NCBI GenBank assembly: GCA_946965045.2
Contig: OX337230.1
Span: forward strand, 2,790,001 to 2,854,000
DNA length: 64,000 bases
Source: Epithemia pelagica
Lineage: Eukaryota > Protista > Bacillariophyta
Reading direction: 5' to 3'
Positions 10,894 through 20,600 of the stretch are shown in pieces. The position numbers and the translations under genes were made by a program. A model generated the notes under the pieces. It saw only the letters and a program-made list of their open reading frames with translations, was not told the DNA's origin and did not search any database. Every line of letters starts with the position of its first letter. The first letter of the stretch is position 1.

Positions 10894-13809
10894 CTAAATA
10901 CCAGGTTTTTTCGTAGCCAGAAGCACTCTACGATAATCACCCTGGACGGCAACGCGATGGCCATCGAGCGTAAGGTTAACCCGAATGATCCCACTTGGGC
11001 GATCACCAGGAATGTCAGGAATGTCCTTTTGATGGAAGTAGCACTCTGAAAGCCTTTGTCCAGAAGGTAGATTGTTGCTGTTCTTTGGCATGGGATCGTG
11101 GATGGTCCCATCTTTTCCTTGGTACACGTAAAAATGTGCACGTGGATTTCCCAGCTCTCCAGTCTTAAAGCCACCAGCATGGACAGTATCTCCTCGAACG
11201 AGGAGAAACTTGCCGTACGGGATTTGTACCACGTTACCCAACTCATGCGTATAGTTCTCGTGCTTCTCAGCACGGTAGCTCCACAATTCAATGGACATAC
11301 CCTCCTCCGTCAGGGGCATAAAAACAATGAAGGGGATGCGTTCCCGGAGTGGCAGATCTGAGAACGATCGCCGAGTCATCCTTTTGCTTTTTTGTTGCTT
11401 CCCGGATGGCGTTTTTGGACTCTCGGACATGTTTCCTGTTACGGCCGGGAACAAGAAGTCGATGTGAGGTTCTTGCACTTCTTCCCGAGTGGTCTTCATA
11501 AGCGAAAGGTGAATGCTCATTTGGTCCGCAAATGATTCATCTTTTGCGTAGTTCATTCCATGGAGAGCTGAGGCAAGAAACTGCTTGAAATCTGTCGTGA
11601 CTTTTTGGACATGTTCTGGGTCGCAGTCGTTGAAGTACCGAGTGTTGGCCACTATGCCCTCATGTTCCATCATCGCCATCAACAAATTTGGGGTGTAGTC
11701 TTGAACAGATTTGAAAAAGGTGCCCTTTCCTTTACTGTTCAGGTGTTTGCCTTTCCACACTTGCTCCAACAACTGGAGGAGGTCTGGCGGCGTTGTAAAA
11801 AAACAGCCTCGATAGATTTTGTTTTCACTATCGTATAGCGATTTGAAATACTTCTTGCGCAATTCTCTATTTTGCAACATCTGTTGCTTTTGCCATTCAC
11901 CCTCCTGCATTAACTCGTCGATCGCATTCATCTCCGGAGCAAAAGAATTGTCATCCGACATCTCCTGATCAAAAGAATTGTCATCCGTGGTGTCACTTTC
12001 TGAAAATTCTGGCAAGGCAATTACTCGTACTAACATTCCAGAAAGGGAGCGATCGGGTCGAGTGGCGGGTTGAGCTTGTGCTGCAGGTGGGACAGGATTG
12101 CTCGGACGCTCCGGTGAACCTACGACCGGCTGGGTCGTGCGTTGTTGTTGCTGCGATAAAGGCAGAGCCCCCTGGTAACCTCCTCCATAATGGGGTTGAT
12201 TATAGGACGGGGGATGCCCATGGTAATGCGGCTGAGGATGATGCGGCGGCGGAGGATGATGCGGCGGAGGATGATACGAAGGAGGATGATGATGATACGA
12301 AGGAGGATGATGATGATGATGCGGCGGAGGATGATACAAAGGAGGATGATGACGATGCGGTGGATCATAATATGGCGGAGGATGATGACGATGCGGTGGA
12401 TCATAATATGGCGGAGGATGAGGATGATGCGGTGGATCATAATCCGGCGGAGGATGAGGATGATACGGCGGAGGATGATGTGGTGGCAGCTGAGGGGGCG
12501 AATTGTAGTGCCCAGAAACGTCTTGCGGAGGAGGCGGAGAAGGAAGAGCAGGAGGACGAGCAACAGCAGCAACTGGGCGGAAAACAGTAGTAGAAGAGGT
12601 AGCGAAAGCCTTCTTTGTTTTTTTCCCGTCGTCTTCATTTTCATCACTGGGTCGACCGTGTTTCTTTCCCTCGTCTTCGTCGTCGTCACCTTTCGTCGAC
12701 GGTCGGATAACCTGTTCGGAGGACGTCGGCGATTCGTCCGAAAGGTTATAAAACAAAGACAGCTCGTCGCCCTTTTCGATCGGCTTGATTGCCTTGACTA
12801 GAAGATTCGGCATGATTCTCACGTTGTATTGATCATCCGATTCATCCGGTGGATTGTCTGTACCGTACCGATGGTGTAGGTGGTCGTTGATTAAGTGCAG
12901 CCCCATGCCGAAGTGATCGTCGTTGTCTGCTTGAAGCCTTCGATTGTCACGTCCGAACTGAATCGCGTACTCGTTGGGTACAACTGTCCGAGACGTGACG
13001 TCGTTTCCCGTGTACGCGCCAATCACTTCACCATCTTTGATTGTCCGAACTGCAAAAACGCCAAACCCGGCGCCTGGGAGTTTTGACTCCTTCACCTCAA
13101 ACAGAAGCACTTTTCCAAGGTAGATCTTGACTACCGGATTGTTCGCAAATGTGTAACCGACATGCTTGCCGATCGGGAAGGTATGTTTTCTGTTCTTCTT
13201 GACAGGGAGACCCATTCCACTTGAAAGTGGCACAATCTTCCCCTTTTGCAAGCCAGAACCGGGCTTCCGAATTGGAGCTTCTTGGACCGAAAAAGTGGCC
13301 GAAATCTTCCGTGAGACATACTCTCCCATAGCACAGGCAAGTACAGCACTGTCTTTGATCTTGGAGAGCGTCTTGAGGCCTTCGGTGAAAGTCCTGATTG
13401 GATCCCGTCCAGAACGAGAAGGGAGTTTCTCCACTTCCTCGACGCCTTTCTTGTAGTCCGCTGTGCGCGTATCGGTGAGGAGCTGCCGCATTTGAGTTTC
13501 CGAATACTGTTTGCTGTGGTCCTTCTCTGGATGGCCACGCCGAACATCTGCAAGCTTTTTATCCTTCACTTCGGCAAAGTCTTGATCCGAAAGAAACCGA
13601 TGGTGCTTTGTTGTTGTCGCTTCGTCTGTTGCTGCTGCTTCGGGTGCTGCGGCTGCTGCTGCTTCGGGCGCCGCTGCTGCTTTGGCTGACTGCTCTTCCG
13701 CTGCATCTATTGCAAGTATAAGAGCGTCAAGATTTCCTTTGTCACTCATGCTGTCTCGTTTTTGAGCGCCTGCTTTTGAATACTGTTTCTTAGGGCTTGG
13801 TTTCCCCAT
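10894..13809 (-). CDS. SET domain + Pro/His-rich linker + 2OG-Fe(II) dioxygenase-like fusion protein (~971 aa), transposon cargo
   Basis: SET motifs ESKLPGAGFGVFA, YTG, HLINDH, IEKGDELSLFYN (~12745-13110). Dioxygenase motifs QEPHIDF (HxD), GDTVHAGG (distal His), GNPRAHFY (Arg) (~11100-11560). Uninterrupted ORF. Confidence 0.8.
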   Translation of the reverse strand: MGKPSPKKQYSKAGAQKRDSMSDKGNLDALILAIDAAEEQSAKAAAAPEAAAAAAPEAAATDEATTTKHHRFLSDQDFAEVKDKKLADVRRGHPEKDHSKQYSETQMRQLLTDTRTADYKKGVEEVEKLPSRSGRDPIRTFTEGLKTLSKIKDSAVLACAMGEYVSRKISATFSVQEAPIRKPGSGLQKGKIVPLSSGMGLPVKKNRKHTFPIGKHVGYTFANNPVVKIYLGKVLLFEVKESKLPGAGFGVFAVRTIKDGEVIGAYTGNDVTSRTVVPNEYAIQFGRDNRRLQADNDDHFGMGLHLINDHLHHRYGTDNPPDESDDQYNVRIMPNLLVKAIKPIEKGDELSLFYNLSDESPTSSEQVIRPSTKGDDDEDEGKKHGRPSDENEDDGKKTKKAFATSSTTVFRPVAAVARPPALPSPPPPQDVSGHYNSPPQLPPHHPPPYHPHPPPDYDPPHHPHPPPYYDPPHRHHPPPYYDPPHRHHPPLYHPPPHHHHHPPSYHHHPPSYHPPPHHPPPPHHPQPHYHGHPPSYNQPHYGGGYQGALPLSQQQQRTTQPVVGSPERPSNPVPPAAQAQPATRPDRSLSGMLVRVIALPEFSESDTTDDNSFDQEMSDDNSFAPEMNAIDELMQEGEWQKQQMLQNRELRKKYFKSLYDSENKIYRGCFFTTPPDLLQLLEQVWKGKHLNSKGKGTFFKSVQDYTPNLLMAMMEHEGIVANTRYFNDCDPEHVQKVTTDFKQFLASALHGMNYAKDESFADQMSIHLSLMKTTREEVQEPHIDFLFPAVTGNMSESPKTPSGKQQKSKRMTRRSFSDLPLRERIPFIVFMPLTEEGMSIELWSYRAEKHENYTHELGNVVQIPYGKFLLVRGDTVHAGGFKTGELGNPRAHFYVYQGKDGTIHDPMPKNSNNLPSGQRLSECYFHQKDIPDIPGDRPSGIIRVNLTLDGHRVAVQGDYRRVLLATKKPGI
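12200..12560 (-). repeat. Coding tandem repeats (36-bp unit = PPPYYDPPHRHH, about 3 copies plus degenerate ones) in the Pro/His-rich linker
   Basis: Unit ggaggatgatgacgatgcggtggatcataatatggc recurs on the + strand from ~12341. Confidence 0.8.
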
Positions 13810-14219
13810 GGTCGAAACGCAAAAACTCGAAACACGAAACACAAGAAACACGAAACGCAGCATTCTCCTCAGCCCTCAGCTCACATTCCAAAAAAAATCT
13901 TGAGCTCACATACTAAAAAACGGTGAAGTTTTGGTATGTGGGCTGAGTTACTTAAGGATTTGCGTGCCAGTTTTGCGATGCGTGTTTGTTTTCGGAGAGG
14001 GAGGCGTGTTTCGCGCGAGGTCTGCTCCGAAAATCGTCCATTTTCTCGCTCTCTCACATTTTCGAGGTACTTACAAACTGATAATCCAACACGCAACACG
14101 AGCACGCAACACGGAAGTGATCATTGATACCAATAACTGACAAGAAATACATTCAATAAAATGGATTGCTGTTATAAATAGTTAAGTTACATGCATTTTG
14201 ATGATAAATGGAGATTAGA

Positions 14220-15692
14220 TCAGGTTTCTACTGCACCAGATCCTTGCGTTTCTCTCCAGAGACGTGAGATGAAGCCATGATCTTGGTCGAAGGCGGATCG
14301 GTGACACTTGATTGCTTTTGACATCTTTTCAATTTCGGCATACGAGAGGCCCGCAGCTGCATAGTCTCTGTTGTTGGAATTTTGATCGTATAACAAGTAC
14401 GCGAGCATATAGCGACGTGCCTTTGCTGACATTTTCCGCATGATTTCGGGTGTTGTTTTCTTCAGGCTCGCTGTCAAACATCGTAAAAAGGCAGCTTTGT
14501 CTTTCTTCTCATTCAGTGAGAAAGCACGAAAGACTTTTTTTGAGTAACCCCAGCCATACTCGATCCCCTCACCGGCCATTTCACAGTGATACTTGGTCGA
14601 TACGAGAATCTCGATCCTGCAACGATGTCGTTCAGACAAGTCTTCCGCCAGCTTCTCCATTGCAGATTTTTCGTTCTTGAAATCAGAGCATTCGCTCATC
14701 AGATGAACCATAGAGTACTTTTTGTAGTCCGCCTGATAGGCTTCTTTCACAGTCTTCTTATCCGCTTCCAGCCATGCATCTCTGGTTGTCTTGACGTACT
14801 TGATCATGTTGTTAGGGTCTATCCACCCCCGCTCCCATAACACTTGAAAGAGCCCTTTTGCAGCATTCATCCAGCCTTCCTCGATCACATCATCTTCAAT
14901 CACCGTTGCAATGTTGGAGCGTTTACAAAGGTCCTGTAGTTCACCAGCATTTTTCGATTGAAATGAACGTTGCATTCCAGGTCCCATGACCCGGACAAGT
15001 TTTGCCATGAGCTCCTTCTTTGTGAGGTTGCGCTTTTTCTTTCTACCAGTTCGGTGTGTATTCTTCGATGCGACACGCTGCGCGTCATTGAGACGATGGC
15101 CTTTTTTAGCAACTGGACCACGATCGTTCTCCTGATAGACGAGGTGTTGTACGTCACCAACTCGTAGTTTGTCGTCATGGTTGTACGGGCCAAGGCAAGC
15201 TTGATCAATAATTTGTGTGTCCCGCATGCTGGGAACAGCTCCTCCCCAGTCGTTATTCATGTTCAGAGCATTTAACCCATCGGATTGTTGTTTTCCATGA
15301 CCACTGCTTTGGTTGAACAAAAAGACAAAGTCATGGGCGGGGAACATGACCACAAGGCAATCGACAATATCCTCCAACTGCAAGGCCATGTATTCATAAT
15401 TCCAATATCCCTCTTTATCTGCTCCGTATTCAAAAAAGCGAGTGAACGGTTGGGCATTGGTAATTGGAGTCTTGGCAGTGTGACCATTGAGGTTCACTGC
15501 AGCCTCGGTAGAGACGTATTTGTTGTGTGTCGTATGTAGACGGAGTTCATTAATCCGAAATAGACTCGCAGCAAGCAACGGGTTTCCGTTCATAAGGAAG
15601 CCCCATGATCGGCTTACAAAAGCGCTGATCATCATCCCATGTCCATCATCCTTTGGCAGCATTTTAGTTGCGCCATCTTTAGTGTACCATGC
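14220..15692 (-). pseudogene. C-terminal half of the IS630/Tc1-like DDE transposase, cut off by the copia insertion
   Basis: PKDDGHGMMISAF, EGYWN, FLFNQSSGH (second catalytic position, here N), KGLFQVLWERGWID, KYHCEMAGEGIEYGWG (catalytic E). Joins the N-half in frame across the CATGC TSD. Confidence 0.85.
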
Positions 15693-16475
15693 TGTTAGAA
15701 TTCTCACCATCTATGGTGGTTAGATTCTACATCTCATCGATTCCCCATGTCACATAGCCTCGTGCTATCGCATCATGCCCTCTAGCTTCGAGCTATGTTT
15801 CCTAGCTTCGCGCTATATCGACCTATATTTCTTCGCAAATCATGAAAAGTGAGAATAGATTGACGAACTCACTCTCAAGACTAAATTGGGTCGTGCGGTA
15901 TTACAACGGACGTAAATTTGGCCGTTGCTCGGACACTGTACTAACGCCCTAAGCGTACGCGCCCGAAATCATCGAGCGTGCCCAAGCGACATCCGAGCGC
16001 TATCGGCATCTATCCGATCCAACGGTCTAAGTATCCCAAGCACGACACACGATCACGCGAGACCATATTTCCATTCCCACAATCTCCAAATTGTCAACAA
16101 GCTGCGCGCCATGAAAACAACTATGCCAACCCAAAGCAAGAGCTGTTGACCCTGTATATGTTATCCGCCCACATATACATGTCATATACATCACATGAAT
16201 CAACTCCAACTATTCCAAACCTGTTGCCGCCAAGAACCTATGATACATGACCCTTGGCAGGACCGAACATTTCACGTAGACCTATCGTAGTAATCAACAC
16301 ACAATCTAACAATATCACCATTTATCACATCCTCTTTTGTGTCCCGACTATCCTTCTGATAGACTTCGACTTGCTTGCTTCTCTGACCCTGAGAAGCTTG
16401 TATCGGTTGGTGACCTACCTGATTGTCTGCTCTACCGAGCATCAATGTCCCTACGATTCAGAAAGAATTGTAACA
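15693..16475 (+). repeat. 5' LTR (783 bp)
   Basis: TGTTAGAATT...AATTGTAACA; no difference from the 3' LTR seen by eye. Confidence 0.97.
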
Positions 16476-16486
16476 GATTAACAGTC
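16476..16486 (+). promoter_or_regulatory. Putative primer-binding site GATTAACAGTC, complementary to a tRNA-Asn(GUU) anticodon arm
   Basis: Abuts the 5' LTR. No TGGTATCA-type PBS is present. The reverse complement GACTGTTAATC matches the tRNA-Asn anticodon stem-loop as I recall it. Confidence 0.5.
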
Positions 16487-16511
16487 TCAAAGCTTATTTC
16501 CTTGTGGTTTC

Positions 16512-17291
16512 ATGGATACTAACGAGATTATCACTCCTGTACGACAGATCTATCGAGCCAACCTGCATCCCGGGCAGCCCGATACCCTGGTGCAGCAGGA
16601 ACTGGTGCCGACGCCGAAGGCAGCCAACACATCGGTCAACATCTCCGTCGACAGTTCCAACAGCAACCCATTCGAGACTCCAACCCAGCCTCACGCTCCG
16701 ATCCCTGCGCCGTTGCTTCGGCCCCCGAGTCCGCCTCGTCGGCTCGTCCCTTCTCGATCCCGTCGTACCACCCGGTTGATTGCTGATCATATCAAGTACT
16801 TCCGCCAACCAACTTGTTCGACCTTCGATCCCGAGATCATCCGTGGGGAGACCCAGATCGAACGCCAGTTCCAATCGGTGACCCACATCGTCGACCAAGA
16901 AGACATTGACCGTCTGAACGACCAACTTCACCGCTCTCCGAGGCGTCGCCTCATCTTTGCCGCCCTCTCGGGCAACCCCATCCGTACTGTCCACCTCCGC
17001 TTCCTAACCTTCGAGCGCCCAACTGGATACTACAATACCATCTACGTCGTGAACGCGACGACTTGCCCTCTGCCTCCTAACGTTGTACGCCTAGATAACT
17101 ACGTTGCCTACATCCACGAGGTCCATACCATCGAGGACCATCGTGCAACTATCTACCCTTTGCGTACCGAGGTCGAGAACCACCTGGCTGAAGGTGATAC
17201 CCCTTCTTCTGTTGCTTGTGCTGCCCCATCTGAGCCTGGAAGCGACTCTGATCATTCGGAAGAGGGTGAGGATTCAGAGACCGAAGCTTAA
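16512..17291 (+). CDS. Extra ORF (259 aa) of the copia element, upstream of gag-pol
   Basis: ATG-initiated sense ORF between the PBS and gag; Pro-rich N-part, acidic tail; no recognised domain. Confidence 0.65.
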   Translation: MDTNEIITPVRQIYRANLHPGQPDTLVQQELVPTPKAANTSVNISVDSSNSNPFETPTQPHAPIPAPLLRPPSPPRRLVPSRSRRTTRLIADHIKYFRQPTCSTFDPEIIRGETQIERQFQSVTHIVDQEDIDRLNDQLHRSPRRRLIFAALSGNPIRTVHLRFLTFERPTGYYNTIYVVNATTCPLPPNVVRLDNYVAYIHEVHTIEDHRATIYPLRTEVENHLAEGDTPSSVACAAPSEPGSDSDHSEEGEDSETEA

Positions 17292-17611
17292 TTACTCATA
17301 GTTAACTCCCGTCCTCTCAAAACCTTTCCAAGACTTAAACTCAACGCACATCCGGGTACCCTTGGTCGCACAACACGCCACACATTCCCGTCAAATCGCG
17401 AAAATTCGGCGAAAATTTGTTGAAACTCGGCGAAAATTTGTCGAAATCAACGGAAATTTCCAGGAGTCGCACATCACAACACACATCCGGGTATTACATA
17501 CGTGGTACATACGTGGCACACGTGGTACATCCGGGTTCACATCACATCACACATTAAATAAACCACATCACACCGCACATTAAATAAACATCGAACCAAC
17601 CAAATAACACC

Positions 17612-20600
17612 ATGGATCCTCAATCACCCAAGACACCTACGACTCCTAAGGGAGAAGATAACCAAGACAATGTCTCGGACACAGACCTATTCGACCACAT
17701 CATATTTACTGTCTGCCAATTTTTTACCAAAGAAAGGGCTGACTACTTAATGAAGTGGATGAAATACCATGGTTTTGAGAACATTACCCATGTTATCTCG
17801 TATATGCAAACTAATACCGAGGAATCCATGAAGGAACTGACACAATACAAGGTCAACAAACAGACACATGATCTACAAGGCCCCACAAGACAGCAGATCA
17901 AGCTCTTGGCTTATTGGGCCACATACAAGACCAATGAAATTCAAGACGAGCTATCCAATAGCGACTGGATGAACCTAACGAGGAAAGAGTTCAACACTTG
18001 GAGGATCAACACAGATTTCTCTAAGGGACCACCTAGCCAAGTCCCAATCTCGCCAATGAAGTCACCGTCATCTGTGAAATCTGTCAGCACAGTTACTGCC
18101 GCATCCCAATCTCAACAAGACCTTACAGCATTCAGAAAGGGAACTAAGCGCGACGCAACTGCATATGAGGTATTCAAGGATGAACGATACTACGATTCAT
18201 TCTGGCGTGTATTCAAGACTACAGCTAAGGCTCAAGGCCTATCCAACGTTCTGAATTTCGAATACACACCACCCCATGATGATGAGTATGCCGAAGAACT
18301 TTTTCAAGAGCAACAAGTATTTCTTTACTCCGTTCTTGTCCGTATCATTCAGACTGACCAAGGTCGAGCCTATGTACGTGAACATGAACATGATGAAGAT
18401 GCGCGTGCCGTATTGCAGAAGTTACACTCTTTGCATACTGAATCCGACCTAGCAAAGCGAGAAGTCCTCCGCTTAACCAACTACATTTCCAATTTACGTC
18501 TTGACGACACATGGCGCGGAACAACACGTCAATTTCTTCTACACTTTCAAGAGCAGCTACGTTTGCTAGACAATTTAGTGACATTGTCTGATCGCATCCC
18601 TGATCATACCAGGATGACCTTCCTCATGCAAGCTGTAGAAAAGGTACCTGATCTCCGCCGAGTCAAGATCTTGGATAATGTGGTGAACACCAAATCCGGT
18701 GCAAAATCCCTTTGCTATCAATCATACTTCCGTCTCCTTCTAGACGCAGCTTATGACCATGATCAAGCAACCCAGTCATCTGTTCATAGTCGCCGTCGAC
18801 ATGTCAAACAACATGAATCACTATATGGCCAAGATACAGATGCTGACATAACCTCACAAGATGATATGGAGTATCATGTCCACAACACCAAAGCGACATC
18901 TGAATCTCCATCCTCTTCGTCCAAGGTTAGTCTACCGCGTGACCTATGGTTCAAACTTTCTGAAGAAGATCGCAAGTTGATCATTGAATATAACAAGATG
19001 ATTCAAGCACCTTCATCAACAACACCGAGGACAGTACAAACACATGCCCTCGACATTGATCCGGAACCTGATCCTGATCCCAACCAAGTTGTATCTGATG
19101 ACGACTCACCTGGCGTAGTCACTGAGCATTCAGATGATTCAGATCCGGTTACACAATTTATCAACCAAGCCATGACGACTGATATCAATCACCCGGCAAC
19201 TGACCTGACTAGTGTTCTTTCTAACGCCAAGTCCAAGACGAGCAAGAAGGTTACTTTCAAAGCCAACATGCATAAACAAGCAGGACATGTTCCACGCTAT
19301 CTGTTTTCCAGGAAATCTACTTTACCAGGGAATCAATTGATTGACCGTGGTGCTAATGGAGGACTTGCTGGTTCTGACATGCGCATCCTTTCTAAGACTG
19401 GCCGCCATATCACTATTGTGGGTATTGATAACCATGAACTTACTGGACTTCCTGTCGTCACATGTGCCGCAAAGTTTGAGACCAATGATGGACCTATTGT
19501 CGGCATCTTCAATGAATATGCTTATTATGGGAAGGGCTTATCTATCCATGCTCCTGGTCAATTCGAGCATTTCGGACTTGCTGTTGATGAACGATCTGTT
19601 AAAGTTGATGGTAAACAACGCATCACTACACTTGATGGTCGTGCCATACCCCTTCACATCAAGGATGGGTTAGCCTACATCCACTCCTTGGGTATCCCCA
19701 GCGACGATGACATGGATACCTTACCTCAGATCATCTTCACGTCACCCGACACATGGGATCCTGGTGTTCTGGACCATTCGTATTCTCCCACACCCTCTGA
19801 CAATGATCCTGATTGGAAACACGTCAAGACTGATGGTAGTATGTCGAACCATCCATATGACAACTATGGGGAGTACACTGATCGTGTTGTTTGTAACCTC
19901 AATCTCCTTTTGGATCTCCCATACGATCATGGACCTGACGACGCACCCTTCTTTTCTATCTATGCTGACGCAGAAGGTAATGATCCTACACTTCATGCCT
20001 CTGTCCACCGTCGTTACCAGGAAGCGTATGACTGGAAGAAGTTCCGTCCATTCTTTGGTTGGCAATCTGAAGATGTTATTGCCGATACGTTCAAGCACAC
20101 TACACGTAATGGTAGCATTACTTTTGACCACGACACCCTCAAGAAACATTTCAAGGCTCGCAATCCGGTCCTTAATATACCTCGACGCCATGAACCCGTT
20201 GCTACTGACTCGGTTTTCTCCGACACCCCTGCTGTTGACCATGGTGGTAAAGTCGCACAAATCTTTGTTGGTCGAGATACTCTGGTTACTGATATCTATG
20301 GGATCAAGTCAACCAAACAGTTTGTCAATACTCTTCAGGACAACATCCGGTTTCGTGGTGCCATGGAGACTCTTATCAGTGATGGTGGTTCATCTCTCAT
20401 CTCTCAAAAGGTTAAAGACATTCTTCGCACTTTGCTTATTGGGGAGTATCGATCCGAACCTTATCATCAACACCAGAATAAGGCTGAAAACCGTTACCAG
20501 ACCGTTAAACGTATGACCAACGCTCTCATGAATGCCACTGGTTGCCCTGCCAACACCTGGCTTCTTTGCCTTGAGTATGTCTGTGACTTATTGAACCATA

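Noticed and set aside
12078-12801. Plus-strand ORFs of 170 aa (Asp/Glu-rich) and 203 aa (Met/Arg-rich), and a 189-aa alternative minus frame
   Set aside because: Shadows of the Pro/His tandem repeat in the cargo gene; low-complexity repeats lack stops in several frames.
15925-16522. Short ORFs inside the LTR, repeated at 23526-24168
   Set aside because: They are duplicated only because the LTR is duplicated; no motifs.
17400-17590. Short direct repeats that look like a CRISPR array
   Set aside because: Only 2-3 imperfect copies, no unique spacers of constant length, no cas genes, and a eukaryotic retroelement context.
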